Virus record (IMG/VR): IMGVR_UViG_3300050166_000025 | Span: 87,112-151,111 of that record | DNA length: 64,000 nucleotides | Direction: 5' to 3' (one strand) | Origin: a virus | Shown: positions 21,443 through 30,680 of the stretch, one piece after another | How the letters are laid out: every line of letters starts with the position of its first letter | Position numbering within the stretch: position 1 is the stretch's first letter | The notes under the pieces: generated by a model | What the model was told of the DNA's origin: nothing | Seen by the model: only the letters and a program-made list of their open reading frames with translations | Database searches by the model: none | Position numbers and translations under genes: made by a program

Positions 21443-21679
21443 TTATGATTTTTTAGTTTCTTCGACAACCGGCTTAACGGTTGAGAATAAGTTATCAACT
21501 AAACTGATCAATGAATTTGCTTCTTCTACTTTACGAAGCTGTTCATCTAGAATATCGATAATACCGGGATGTTCTCCGACACCAACCGCGTTATTCATAT
21601 AAACATCAATAGTAGCTAGAGCTTCTAGTTTTTGTGCTTCGTATCTGGCTCTAAGAGCATTGATTTTAAGTTGTGACAT
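21443..21679 (-). CDS. hypothetical phage protein
   Basis: 78 aa, VGVGEHP motif; GAAAC-type promoter variant upstream. Confidence 0.7.
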   Translation of the reverse strand: MSQLKINALRARYEAQKLEALATIDVYMNNAVGVGEHPGIIDILDEQLRKVEEANSLISLVDNLFSTVKPVVEETKKS

Positions 21680-21720
21680 ATCTTTTATTTTTATATAAAT
21701 TAAATTAAAAATTGTTTCAA

Positions 21721-23133
21721 TTACATTTGAGATATTAGATCATCAATCTGTTTTAACTTGTCTAATAGTTCAGCTTTAGTTGTGCCGCCGCGCTCTTCAA
21801 TGTACCACTTTGTAGTTAGTAGTGCCTCTAGAGAATATTTTTTGTCTGTGCCAACAACTGTCATTGTCGTTGGAGAATTCTTCAACTTGTTTAGGACAAA
21901 TGTTAAGGCAAAGTCTACGCTCTTCTCATACATTCCTGAGTTGGCTTTAACGAATCTTGCAATAGATCTAATATCGTCGTAGATAGCTAGGCTATTATCA
22001 GGTCGGTTAACCATTGATTTCAGGATGACAGCTGCCGCTAAATTATTGTAGCCCTTATCGGTTAAAGCGGTTCCAATATACTGGGACTCAAAGGTTACCG
22101 TCTTGCCATAATTACCAATCCATCCCATATATAACCAGGTTGCTTTAATTTCATCTCTGTTTGGCAAGACTGTTGCTAGGGTTCCATTGTCTAGGCTTCT
22201 TCTTGCCGTATTACCTGCTAACCAGATTGGATCCATTACGCTTTCATATCGAGTATCCGATGGTTTTCCGTCTACTATCATATCGAAAGGGCCATATTTT
22301 CCACCTCGGTATCTAATTACATGTTGCATATAAGCACTGGACATCCATCTCATTGTGTTATATGACTCTTCAAAGTCATTTCCTCCATGCTCACCTGGAT
22401 GTTTATCTGCTTCAGTGAGGGTATTAAAGACTATTCTCTTAAATCTTACAAAGTTAGCGTCTGTCGGGCTATCAAGATACATCTTATAAGCATTCTTGAA
22501 TGACTCATCACCTTTTTTCATTAATTGAATTGGTCTGTCTGGCATCCAGTCTGTATTGTCTTCAATAGTAAACCAACCCGGAAGCTTCATCGGCACTTTA
22601 ATTTTCTTAAAGTCCCATGAATTGATCTGCTCTACGGTGTAAGCCGGATTCGTTAAACCAAGCTCAATAGCTAAAGCACTTTCAGTTGTGGTCTCAAAAC
22701 CCGGTTGAAAGACATTTTGAGTTGAATTTCTAGGAGCGATAGCATCGGTTTTAGTTAAGCTCTTAATATAATTCATTACATCGGTAGATTCCTTGACAGG
22801 AACGTGGTTTAGAGCTCGTTGAAAAACACGATTCATTGCCGGAATAGTATCGGAGTTATTAAACAATGCAATATCGAAACCGTCTCGCGAAATGTGGCAA
22901 TTCATACATGCGTTACCGTTTGCATCCAAAGAATTAGCATACACCTGTTTTCCATCAATGATAGACTTCTCTAAATTGACAGATAAAACTCGAGAATCTA
23001 ATTGATCAGCCGGATTAGTGTTGTTAGTTTTCACTAGTTCCGGTTTAAAATCAACTACCGGTACGATTTCTTCCGGTTTTGAACACGCGGTTAAAATCGA
23101 GAGAGATGTTGCGAAGATTAATAATTTTTTCAT
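21721..23133 (-). CDS. lipoprotein with a CxxCH heme-c motif
   Basis: signal peptide with lipobox LTA-C; CMNCH near residue 77; class I promoter upstream. Confidence 0.65.
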   Translation of the reverse strand: MKKLLIFATSLSILTACSKPEEIVPVVDFKPELVKTNNTNPADQLDSRVLSVNLEKSIIDGKQVYANSLDANGNACMNCHISRDGFDIALFNNSDTIPAMNRVFQRALNHVPVKESTDVMNYIKSLTKTDAIAPRNSTQNVFQPGFETTTESALAIELGLTNPAYTVEQINSWDFKKIKVPMKLPGWFTIEDNTDWMPDRPIQLMKKGDESFKNAYKMYLDSPTDANFVRFKRIVFNTLTEADKHPGEHGGNDFEESYNTMRWMSSAYMQHVIRYRGGKYGPFDMIVDGKPSDTRYESVMDPIWLAGNTARRSLDNGTLATVLPNRDEIKATWLYMGWIGNYGKTVTFESQYIGTALTDKGYNNLAAAVILKSMVNRPDNSLAIYDDIRSIARFVKANSGMYEKSVDFALTFVLNKLKNSPTTMTVVGTDKKYSLEALLTTKWYIEERGGTTKAELLDKLKQIDDLISQM

Positions 23134-23152
23134 TGTTTGTTATTTTTATTGA

Positions 23153-23190
23153 TAGGTAAATATAACAATAATTTCCGAAATAAAAAAATA
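23153..23190 (-). promoter_or_regulatory. class I promoter (Bacteroidetes primary-sigma type)
   Basis: TTTT..TCGG..N..GTTATATTTACCTA on minus strand; 8 copies in window. Confidence 0.75.
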
Positions 23191-23205
23191 TTTTAAAGAT
23201 TATTT

Positions 23206-24135
23206 TCAAACAAAACCATAATCTTTTGTATATTTAATTAGAGATCTCTCCTTAGCTTTAGCCTCCAGTTCAATGTCTAGATCTAGGCCGTAGGTGTTAA
23301 TCTCTTCATATATATAGTCTGCATGTGCTCTAATAATTGAAGTTGCATCCTCGTGTAGTTTCTTAGAAGAGGAGTAGTGTGTTAGCTGATTAACGTTTTC
23401 AGGCCATGTTTTAGCCGCAAGCTTAATGGCCTGCTCCTCACTTAAGTCTCCTGGATTGCATGAATGATGAAGATAGTCAAAGGTGATTGGTAATCTGGCA
23501 CCGCCTAAGTGCATTCCGTCATACAAGTCCTGTACTGTATACTGAGCCGGCTTGTCATCATTCTCAATCACTAGTCTATTAGCTGCATTTTCTGGAAGTC
23601 GCTTGAAGTTTTCACAGAAGCGTTGTAAGGTAGTTACCTTATCGCCGTATGTGCCACCTATGTGAATATTAATCGCCGCATAAGGAGTGCGTGGTTGCCC
23701 TAAAAGATCCATGATTTCACCATGCTGTCGCAAGTCTTTAATTGCTTTTACGACAATCAGTTCCGATGGAGAGGCTAGAACATTATATGGACCTGGATGA
23801 AAGGTTAAGCGCTGCCCATACTCCTTGGCTAATTGACCCACCTTCTTGGCCTGAGCCTTAATCAGTTCGTAACCTGGCAAGTCTACTATTTCATACTCTG
23901 ACATCCATGGAAACATATCACTTGACATTCGGTACAGCGTAATGCCTCTGCGATGGTTCCATTCCAGGATTTGCTCCATATCGGTTAGGTTTTTAAGCGC
24001 TAGTTCCGACGCGTATGCAATACCTTTCAACAAGAAAGTCTTTTTAACCATTGACCGGTTACACGTTATTTTCTGGGTTTCCTGTAGATCTAGGTTGATG
24101 CAGCAATAGCCTAGGGTTGAGCCTTTTCTTTTCAT
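23206..24135 (-). CDS. uvsE: UV damage endonuclease
   Basis: GYCCIN, YRMSSDMFPW, TFHPG, IENDD, TFDYLHH, HADY, ELEAKAKE; ATG at 24135. Confidence 0.93.
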   Translation of the reverse strand: MKRKGSTLGYCCINLDLQETQKITCNRSMVKKTFLLKGIAYASELALKNLTDMEQILEWNHRRGITLYRMSSDMFPWMSEYEIVDLPGYELIKAQAKKVGQLAKEYGQRLTFHPGPYNVLASPSELIVVKAIKDLRQHGEIMDLLGQPRTPYAAINIHIGGTYGDKVTTLQRFCENFKRLPENAANRLVIENDDKPAQYTVQDLYDGMHLGGARLPITFDYLHHSCNPGDLSEEQAIKLAAKTWPENVNQLTHYSSSKKLHEDATSIIRAHADYIYEEINTYGLDLDIELEAKAKERSLIKYTKDYGFV

Positions 24136-24136
24136 A

Positions 24137-24559
24137 TTAATATTCTTTTTCAAATGTGTACCAGTGGTCAGCACTAGCGCACTCACGCATAGCATCTGAG
24201 ATTAAGCCGTTTAAATCTGTGCCAGATAGAGTGCTCATGAAATGGTCACCTAGAGCAATTGCATCTTTCGTCGCAGTATTATCTTCATTGTATGGCTCGA
24301 TGCCAGCTTCACGTAGTGCTTGATTGACCGCACCTGAGACAGCTGATAATAAACGAGCAGCTACATCTTCGTTGTTTTGAAAGCGGCGGCCTTCATAGTA
24401 ATCATCCTGTGGCCAGGTCTTCACTAATTCATTATATGAATAGCGTAATCTAAATACTGAAACTGCGTTCTCGATGAATGCTATGTGTTTACGAACTGAA
24501 CCGTAATAGGAGATACCGTTGGCTTTGATAGACTTAGGATCGATTGTTAATATTGTCAT
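24137..24559 (-). CDS. hypothetical protein (class I promoter)
   Basis: 140 aa ORF directly after the promoter at 24580. Confidence 0.7.
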   Translation of the reverse strand: MTILTIDPKSIKANGISYYGSVRKHIAFIENAVSVFRLRYSYNELVKTWPQDDYYEGRRFQNNEDVAARLLSAVSGAVNQALREAGIEPYNEDNTATKDAIALGDHFMSTLSGTDLNGLISDAMRECASADHWYTFEKEY

Positions 24560-24579
24560 ATTTGTTTGATTATTTAAGA

Positions 24580-24616
24580 TAGGTAAATCTAACTATTTTT
24601 TCTGAATAAAAAAAAT
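24580..24616 (-). promoter_or_regulatory. class I promoter
   Basis: GTTAGATTTACCTA plus upstream T-tract. Confidence 0.7.
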
Positions 24617-24632
24617 TATTTACTGATTATTT

Positions 24633-25208
24633 TTAAAATCTTTTCCAGTGCTTAAAGGCCAGCTGGATCTCTTCGTCGACTGGGCCTTTGTGTGATGTAG
24701 TTGGTTTTGGGTTGTAATTGATCCGGGTTTGCACGGGTTCTGGTTTAGGCTGCAGGATAACTTTAATCATTCTAATGATTTTATCTGCGTGTAAACGAGT
24801 GATGGTGCCGGCTTCCACTTTTGCGTTTAACCAACGTTCTGCTCTTGCCTGGCCTAAGCTTTCCCATAAATCTGTAGCACGCTTGCCTATCTCCTCGATC
24901 TGTTCTGGAGTCACATATAACGAGTGAGTTGAAACGCTAGCGGTCAGCTTTACCTTTTCAGTAGAAGACTTGCCCATTCTTAAGCCTCGTAGTGTGCCAA
25001 AACCAGCACGACTTGATAGCTTATGAAACTCAGCCGCTACTTCAGGGTCTTTCACCACCTCAATAGTGTTACCGGTCTTATGGTTGATGATAGGCACTGA
25101 GCTCCATCTTGATTCGGAGGTGCAGCTAACACAGTGCTCGGTGTTAGGAATAATCAGGAGGCGGGCTTCAGAGATAGATTGGCCACATGATTTACAAGGT
25201 TTACTCAT
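24633..25208 (-). CDS. TraR/DksA C4-type zinc finger protein
   Basis: CKSCGQSISEARLLIIPNTEHCVSC; ATG at 25208 (the ORF-track extension is promoter DNA). Confidence 0.75.
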   Translation of the reverse strand: MSKPCKSCGQSISEARLLIIPNTEHCVSCTSESRWSSVPIINHKTGNTIEVVKDPEVAAEFHKLSSRAGFGTLRGLRMGKSSTEKVKLTASVSTHSLYVTPEQIEEIGKRATDLWESLGQARAERWLNAKVEAGTITRLHADKIIRMIKVILQPKPEPVQTRINYNPKPTTSHKGPVDEEIQLAFKHWKRF

Positions 25209-25220
25209 ATTCTTTTGATA

Positions 25221-25290
25221 TAGGTAAATATAAACAAAAAACCCGAGACTAAAAAATCTCGGGTCATTTATTTTCAAAAAAAGTTTAATT
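25221..25290 (-). repeat. fused terminator/class I promoter module, copy 1
   Basis: about 70 bp near-identical to 31727-31796; ACCCGAGA-N8-TCTCGGGT inverted repeat + T-run + TATATTTACC. Confidence 0.85.
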
Positions 25291-25631
25291 TATTTCCAGA
25301 ACAGCTGAACACATAAGAGTGTTACAGACAACCCTAATGAAATCAAGGTTTTGGTGTTTATTCCCTCATCCATCATAAACCAGGTTAACAGGGCAAACAC
25401 CACCATTCCTGCAGCAAAACCAATGAACCTTCCTGGCCATAAGGCTCCATAATAAGAGGCCAATTCCTTTGTGCCCAAGATAAAGGTATAGGACACAATA
25501 CTACCTCCGATCAATGCTACCCACCCTGGATTTCTATTAAATACCGGCCAGATGAATTGACCGTTGGTTTGAAACCAGACCAGTGACTGCCCAGCTGCGA
25601 GCAATAAGATGCCGTTAATTAGATTTTTCAA
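25290..25631 (-). CDS. small 4-TM membrane protein (SMR/DMT-like)
   Basis: four hydrophobic segments in 113 aa. Confidence 0.6.
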   Translation of the reverse strand: MKNLINGILLLAAGQSLVWFQTNGQFIWPVFNRNPGWVALIGGSIVSYTFILGTKELASYYGALWPGRFIGFAAGMVVFALLTWFMMDEGINTKTLISLGLSVTLLCVQLFWK

Positions 25632-26260
25632 AATAGTTCTGCTGTTTTTGTCACAATATGAGAGATGAAACTCATTCTGTGTTGTTCACATGGTCCATGC
25701 TCTTGAATGGCCTTGATGTGTTGCGCGGTACCATAGCCCTTATTTGAAGGCCAGCCATACTTTTTACCAGCTTCATACTCTCTCATCCATTGGTCACGCT
25801 TTACCTTTGCAATAATCGAAGCCGCTGCAATCGAAGTATATTTGTTATCGCCGCCGACCACAGTCGTAAAGTTCTTGCCATTGTAGCCATGAAACTGGTC
25901 TCCATCTACCAGGATAAAATCAAAGTCCGTTTGCTCTTCAACACCGCTTAGTGACAGCATCATACCATGTAAAGTGGCCTTCAAGATGTTCTGCTCCTCA
26001 ATAATCTGGGGCTCTACGTGAACACAATACCAAGCAATAGCGTTCTCCATCACAATCTTATAGGCCTCTTCTTTCTGTTTCTCAGACAGGATTTTAGAGT
26101 CCTTAACTAACGGGTGTTGAAAGTCTGCCGGCATAATACAGGCTGCAACCGTAACCGGACCAGCCAATGCTCCTCGGCCTGCCTCATCAACGCCAACCTC
26201 AATGATTGAAGTGTCCTGATTGTAATGTGATTTTAATAATACGTGTCTCGCTTGGTCCAT
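25628..26260 (-). CDS. rnhB: ribonuclease HII
   Basis: GVDEAGRGALAGPV, DSK, VDG, SIAAASIIAKV.RD, NKGYGT..H. Confidence 0.95.
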   Translation of the reverse strand: MDQARHVLLKSHYNQDTSIIEVGVDEAGRGALAGPVTVAACIMPADFQHPLVKDSKILSEKQKEEAYKIVMENAIAWYCVHVEPQIIEEQNILKATLHGMMLSLSGVEEQTDFDFILVDGDQFHGYNGKNFTTVVGGDNKYTSIAAASIIAKVKRDQWMREYEAGKKYGWPSNKGYGTAQHIKAIQEHGPCEQHRMSFISHIVTKTAELF

Positions 26261-26303
26261 TCTCTGTATAGTTTAGAGATTATACAGAGAATGGCTTAAA
26301 AGT

Positions 26304-27119
26304 TTACAGATTGTGCTTGTCTTTCCATTTACAATTATTGAAATGAGATTGCTTCATTGCGGAAACGCCTCCTATTTTTCCACAATGAGGGCATTCAATC
26401 TTTTCTTGTGGTTTACGTAATTTAATTTTAGTAGACTCAGGAAGAGGTCTTCCTTTTTTCCAAGCATGCATCTTGTCCTTTTGCTCTTGAGTCATATTTT
26501 TCTTAGCCTCTGACATCTTACGCTTAGATTCATCGGAATATACTTCACTTTTACCTTTATTCCATGGAGTTTGCCCCTTATGTGATTCTGAATTTTTTGC
26601 TCTAGATTCAGCCGTGTGCTTTACACCTAAACATCTCTTATTACCTAGCATTTGAAGTCTACATCTTTCTCTGAATTCAGCGTCGTGCTTTATTCCGGTA
26701 TTAGCTTTAGATATCTTCAATCTAGTTTCTTCACTGCATTTTCTACCAGTTCTTGATTCTGACATTTTTTTACGCGTTTCTTCGGATAGTGTAGTTCCTG
26801 TAATATCGAATTTGTTTGACGATGCTTTACTTCTATTGTAGAACGCTGGATTTTTACCGACATCAAATTTATGGTGCAGCTTAATTTCAAAATCAATAGC
26901 TTCCTTTTTAGAATCAAACAGTGAAACTACCTTATAAGAATAATTAGTTGGATTTTGCTTTTGATCTAATATAAAATCTTTGTCCATACTAGAAGAAAAA
27001 TAGTGAATTCCTATGTCTTCTGAAGGAATTCTATTACATGACCTGGATCCGTAATAGAATTTACGTAATAACGTGTTAGTTATGCGGTATACGTAGTGGT
27101 ATCGATATTCGTTTTTCAT
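26304..27119 (-). mobile_element. free-standing GIY-YIG homing endonuclease (Seg-like) with NUMOD3 repeats
   Basis: YVYRITN..FYYGSR; repeated SEETRKKMSE-type motifs; C-terminal CPHC..HFNNC; lies between intact phoH and rnhB. Confidence 0.88.
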
Positions 27120-27254
27120 GAAAAAGATATATGTTTGTGGTTACTCTATATATCTTTTAAAAAATAAAAAATTAAAGGGATGCCGACATTGTGCAATTGA
27201 ATAACCACAAACAATATTCACGAAAATTGTCGAAAATCCCTTTAATTTATATCT

Positions 27255-27956
27255 TTATTTATCGTTCTTATCTTTCCAAGCTTCGTATCTCTTTACGACC
27301 TCTTGTAAGATTTTAGCTCTAACGATATCCTTGTCAGTAAAGATGTGAGTTCCAATTCCCTTGATACCCTTTAGCATTTCCATAAATGAAGGAAGAGATA
27401 CTTTATTTCTAGCGATGTCGTGTTGTGAAACGTCTCCAGCTACAATTACTTTAGTGTTCCTGCCCATCCTGGTGACAAAAAGTGCAAGTTGTCGAAAATC
27501 CGCATTTTGTGCCTCGTCAAGAATCATCAGGCAATTATCATAGGTGTCACCTCTCATATAGGCTAAAGGTTGAAACTCGATAATGCCATCTCCGAAAAGT
27601 TGTTCAGTTTTATTCCAGCCAATAATCTTTTCAATATTAGATTTATATGACTTCATGTAAGGGTCTACCTTTTCATCGATTGAACCGGGCAAGAAGCCCA
27701 GTTTTTCGCCGGCCTCTTGAATAGGCTTGCATAGGATAATTTTAGTGATTTCTTTGTCTTTTAATAATTCCAGCGCAATATAACATGCAGTGAAAGTTTT
27801 TGAGGTTCCTGCTGGACCGTAGCAGAATGTAATATCGTTTTGAAGAACTGTGTTTACGTAATCGTTTTGTGATTGTCTTAACTGAACGGTTGGTTGAATT
27901 TCCGCCTTTGGTTTAGATTGTTGTTGACTCTTTTGATTGTTTCGAGTAGATCCCAT
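27255..27956 (-). CDS. phoH: PhoH-family ATPase
   Basis: GPAGTSKT, LGFLPG, YMRG.T, ILDEAQN, GDVSQ.D, DIVR. Confidence 0.95.
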   Translation of the reverse strand: MGSTRNNQKSQQQSKPKAEIQPTVQLRQSQNDYVNTVLQNDITFCYGPAGTSKTFTACYIALELLKDKEITKIILCKPIQEAGEKLGFLPGSIDEKVDPYMKSYKSNIEKIIGWNKTEQLFGDGIIEFQPLAYMRGDTYDNCLMILDEAQNADFRQLALFVTRMGRNTKVIVAGDVSQHDIARNKVSLPSFMEMLKGIKGIGTHIFTDKDIVRAKILQEVVKRYEAWKDKNDK

Positions 27957-27975
27957 GCTTATGTTTATTTTTAAC

Positions 27976-28260
27976 TTAATCCCCAGCCATTATTACAAGC
28001 TCCTTTAGTTTCATTAAGGTATCACACTTCTCATACTCTTCCAGTTCTACAAAGTATTCGATTAATAATTGAATAAACTTTGAGCGTTGGCCTAAGCCAT
28101 GTGGAATTTCAATAGTGTTCTTACCGTCTTGAAACGCAATAAACCTGTTAACAGTTTTCGTAAAATTTCTTGTAATGATAGAATAGCTTGAACGCATCAG
28201 CTGGTCTTTTTCATCACCTGTTAAATAACCCATTCTGTTTGTTTGAATGTTTTTTATCAT
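27976..28260 (-). CDS. small protein with C-terminal UVR-like motif (paralogue 1)
   Basis: LLIEYFVELEEYEKCDTLMKLKEL. Confidence 0.7.
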   Translation of the reverse strand: MIKNIQTNRMGYLTGDEKDQLMRSSYSIITRNFTKTVNRFIAFQDGKNTIEIPHGLGQRSKFIQLLIEYFVELEEYEKCDTLMKLKELVIMAGD

Positions 28261-28370
28261 GTTGAATTTTCAACAGTTTATATATTTTAACCAGTAATGA
28301 ATCGGTGTGGTTTGGACAATTTTAATAATGTAATATATTTTAGGATGTGAGCCCTGTATCACCGAAGTGT

Positions 28371-28556
28371 TTATTGATTGGTATTCTTCTGTTGCTTATA
28401 TTCAGCTTTTTGTTTTTGTAATCGCTTCATCGCACTCTTTTTCTTGAACTCTTTTTTCTCTTGTAAGGCTTGCATCTGCTTGATTTTGATAGTTTTACGC
28501 TTAAACTCCTTTAGAGCCTTCTCAATGTTGCCGTCCTTTACATTAATAATAATCAT
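28371..28556 (-). CDS. rpsU: 30S ribosomal protein bS21
   Basis: MIIINVKDGNIEKALKEFKRK...EFKKKS..KR...KAEY; Bacteroidetes-type. Confidence 0.88.
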   Translation of the reverse strand: MIIINVKDGNIEKALKEFKRKTIKIKQMQALQEKKEFKKKSAMKRLQKQKAEYKQQKNTNQ

Positions 28557-28807
28557 AACTCTTGAATTATTTTTTTAAGATTGTGACATTTTTCATACTC
28601 TTCTAAGCCTTCGAACCACTTAACCATTAATTCTAAGGCCTCTATCTTGTTTTCTTTGGTGGCGCTGGATTCTGAGAGCGCTCCCATCTTCTTCGTCATC
28701 AAGGCCCGATATGTTAGTTCCATTATCTGACCCTTGTTCAAGGTTAGAAGTTGATTAAAGAAGGAAGTGTGGTCGTCACTCGAGAGTATGCCGTCGTAGT
28801 CAATCAA
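28553..28807 (-). CDS. small protein with C-terminal UVR-like motif (paralogue 2)
   Basis: LMVKWFEGLEEYEKCHNLKKIIQEL; overlaps dnaJ and rpsU by 4 nt; TTG start. Confidence 0.7.
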   Translation of the reverse strand: MIDYDGILSSDDHTSFFNQLLTLNKGQIMELTYRALMTKKMGALSESSATKENKIEALELMVKWFEGLEEYEKCHNLKKIIQEL

Positions 28808-29619
28808 TTTTCAAGTTGCTTTATTCTATTTATCAACTCAAGTTGATCGGCATTTATACCCGCAAAACTCGTAAGTAATTTTATTAAGATGGCTCCAGCT
28901 TCATTAGTGCCCATGATAGGCAAGCCTTTACCGGCTAACCTGAGAACTTTTCCAGGATTTGAGCCCGGTGGAACGGTGAAGGCTAATTTACCCGAAGGAG
29001 TGTCAATCTCTGTTTTAGTGCCAAGTATCATGTCATACCATCTCAGGCTCACCTCCATCCAAACATCATCGCCCTGAATAATCCAGTTCACGTTGGGTAA
29101 GATAGTGACTTGCACTAATAGGTCACCTCTGGGAGCCTCTCTATTCCATGGGTTCCAGGAGCCTCTGCCTCTAACCCTTAAAGTCATGCCCTCCTTTGCT
29201 CCCTTTGGAATCTCCACTGGCACCTGATCGATTCTGGTGTTAAGAGTTGTCTTGAAGCCGTTATAGATGTGATGTATATCTAATTGAACTGTGACACGCT
29301 GGTCCTGCCCTTTTCTCGAAGAGTCTGCCCGGTTGCCAAAGTGCACGTTGAAATCGTTGGACCAGTTTGTATTGCCCTGATTCCATTGCTGAAACAGGTT
29401 TTCCCAGTCCATTTCACCACCCTTTGACCTATCATACTGTCTACGCTTCTCCTCATCGCCAAGAGTTTGATAAGCCTCCTGTACGGTTTGAAAACGCTGC
29501 TTCGTATCAGTGTCCGGGTTCTTATCAGGATGCAATTCCTTAGCCAGTTTTCTGTACGCTTGTTTAATCTCCTCTTGACTAGCTGTCTCGCTTACTTTTA
29601 ATGTTTGATAATAGCTCAT
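28804..29619 (-). CDS. dnaJ: DnaJ-family co-chaperone (CbpA-type, no zinc finger)
   Basis: J domain with HPD; C-terminal DnaJ_C (GDLLV; LRLAGKGLP). Confidence 0.92.
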   Translation of the reverse strand: MSYYQTLKVSETASQEEIKQAYRKLAKELHPDKNPDTDTKQRFQTVQEAYQTLGDEEKRRQYDRSKGGEMDWENLFQQWNQGNTNWSNDFNVHFGNRADSSRKGQDQRVTVQLDIHHIYNGFKTTLNTRIDQVPVEIPKGAKEGMTLRVRGRGSWNPWNREAPRGDLLVQVTILPNVNWIIQGDDVWMEVSLRWYDMILGTKTEIDTPSGKLAFTVPPGSNPGKVLRLAGKGLPIMGTNEAGAILIKLLTSFAGINADQLELINRIKQLEN

Positions 29620-29755
29620 CCTTGCGAGTTTTAATAGCCTCCTTAATTTTCTCTACTCCGCCTGTCAATAAGTCTGCCTTCTGTTGACGCTCCATTGAGT
29701 CAGCAATTCGTTTTAATTGTTTTGCGATTTCGGCTAGTGATTTTGAATCATCCAT
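29579..29755 (-). CDS. 58-aa helical hypothetical protein absent from the ORF track
   Basis: MDDSKSLAEIAKQLKRIADSMERQQ...KRDS*; late motif at 29781-29788; overlaps dnaJ start. Confidence 0.6.
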   Translation of the reverse strand: MDDSKSLAEIAKQLKRIADSMERQQKADLLTGGVEKIKEAIKTRKDELLSNIKSKRDS

Positions 29756-29810
29756 AATAAGATATTATTTTAATCTATTCTATATATTTTTCACATTTTG
29801 TTTATAGATG

Positions 29811-29834
29811 AAAAAAGGGAGCCAGGGCTCCCTT
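29811..29834 (-). terminator. intrinsic terminator
   Basis: AAGGGAGCC-ag-GGCTCCCTT inverted repeat with T-run on minus strand. Confidence 0.75.
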
Positions 29835-29853
29835 AATCAATCAAACAATTAAA

Positions 29854-30180
29854 CTATTTTATCTCAATGTCTTCCAACTCTGGCAGATACTTGTTTAAGA
29901 CTGCACACTTCTCATACTCTTCTCGCTCAACAAAATACTGAATCATATAACAGATAGTGCTCTTTAGTTGAGACAGGACCTTATTGTCGATTGAAATAAG
30001 TCTTAAGCCTTGAATGTCGATGCCTTTGCGCTCGATCGCTTCATAGTTGGTTCTGACATATCGGTCAATCATTCTATCGTAGATTTGTTGTGACATCTCT
30101 TCAGTTGTTTCATCGGGTTGAAAGTCATCTTCGGAGCCAAAAAAATCTTCATCTTCGTCATTAATGTCGTCAAAAAACAT
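29854..30180 (-). CDS. small protein with acidic N-terminus and C-terminal UVR-like motif (paralogue 3)
   Basis: YMIQYFVEREEYEKCAVLNKYLPEL; has its own class I promoter and terminator. Confidence 0.7.
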   Translation of the reverse strand: MFFDDINDEDEDFFGSEDDFQPDETTEEMSQQIYDRMIDRYVRTNYEAIERKGIDIQGLRLISIDNKVLSQLKSTICYMIQYFVEREEYEKCAVLNKYLPELEDIEIK

Positions 30181-30198
30181 AGTAAGTATCTTTAAGTT

Positions 30199-30235
30199 TA
30201 GGTAAATATAACTAATTTATCCGAATTAAAAAAAT
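30199..30235 (-). promoter_or_regulatory. class I promoter
   Basis: TTTTTTAATTCGGA..GTTATATTTACCTA. Confidence 0.75.
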
Positions 30236-30633
30236 TATTCTTCAACTATTTTTACTTTTGTTGATTTTGATTCCTCATCACATGTCCAGGATACAGTTAA
30301 AATACCCGCCTTTAATTTTGCAGAGATTGAATCGGCATTCACCGTGCTGCCTAATGTAAATGACTTCTTAAAAGAGCTGATAAATTTATTAGTATTTCCA
30401 GCAGGCACATTGGCGCTAACGGTTAAGACTCTGCATTCAACATGCACGTCAATCTCCTTAAGAGTTAAGCCCGGTGCTAAAAAATGAATTTGTCTATTTT
30501 CATAATCAATGTCTACGAGTTCATCTTCTAAGTCGTTATATCTAACTAATGAAGTGGTTGACCATGTTGGCAAATCATTATTTAGAGAGAACATGTCTTT
30601 AATAGTTTGGTAGTGTCTTTGTGTAAAATTCAT
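30235..30633 (-). CDS. small heat-shock protein (Hsp20/alpha-crystallin)
   Basis: APGL..KEIDV; FKKSFTL; ISAKLKAGILTV. Confidence 0.85.
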   Translation of the reverse strand: MNFTQRHYQTIKDMFSLNNDLPTWSTTSLVRYNDLEDELVDIDYENRQIHFLAPGLTLKEIDVHVECRVLTVSANVPAGNTNKFISSFKKSFTLGSTVNADSISAKLKAGILTVSWTCDEESKSTKVKIVEE

Positions 30634-30680
30634 TGTATTTAAGTTTATTTTCTCTGGATTATTCCATTAACTAATATACT

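Noticed and set aside
26304-27250. Group I intron around the GIY-YIG gene
   Set aside because: phoH and rnhB are both complete, and the flanks are too short for a ribozyme core
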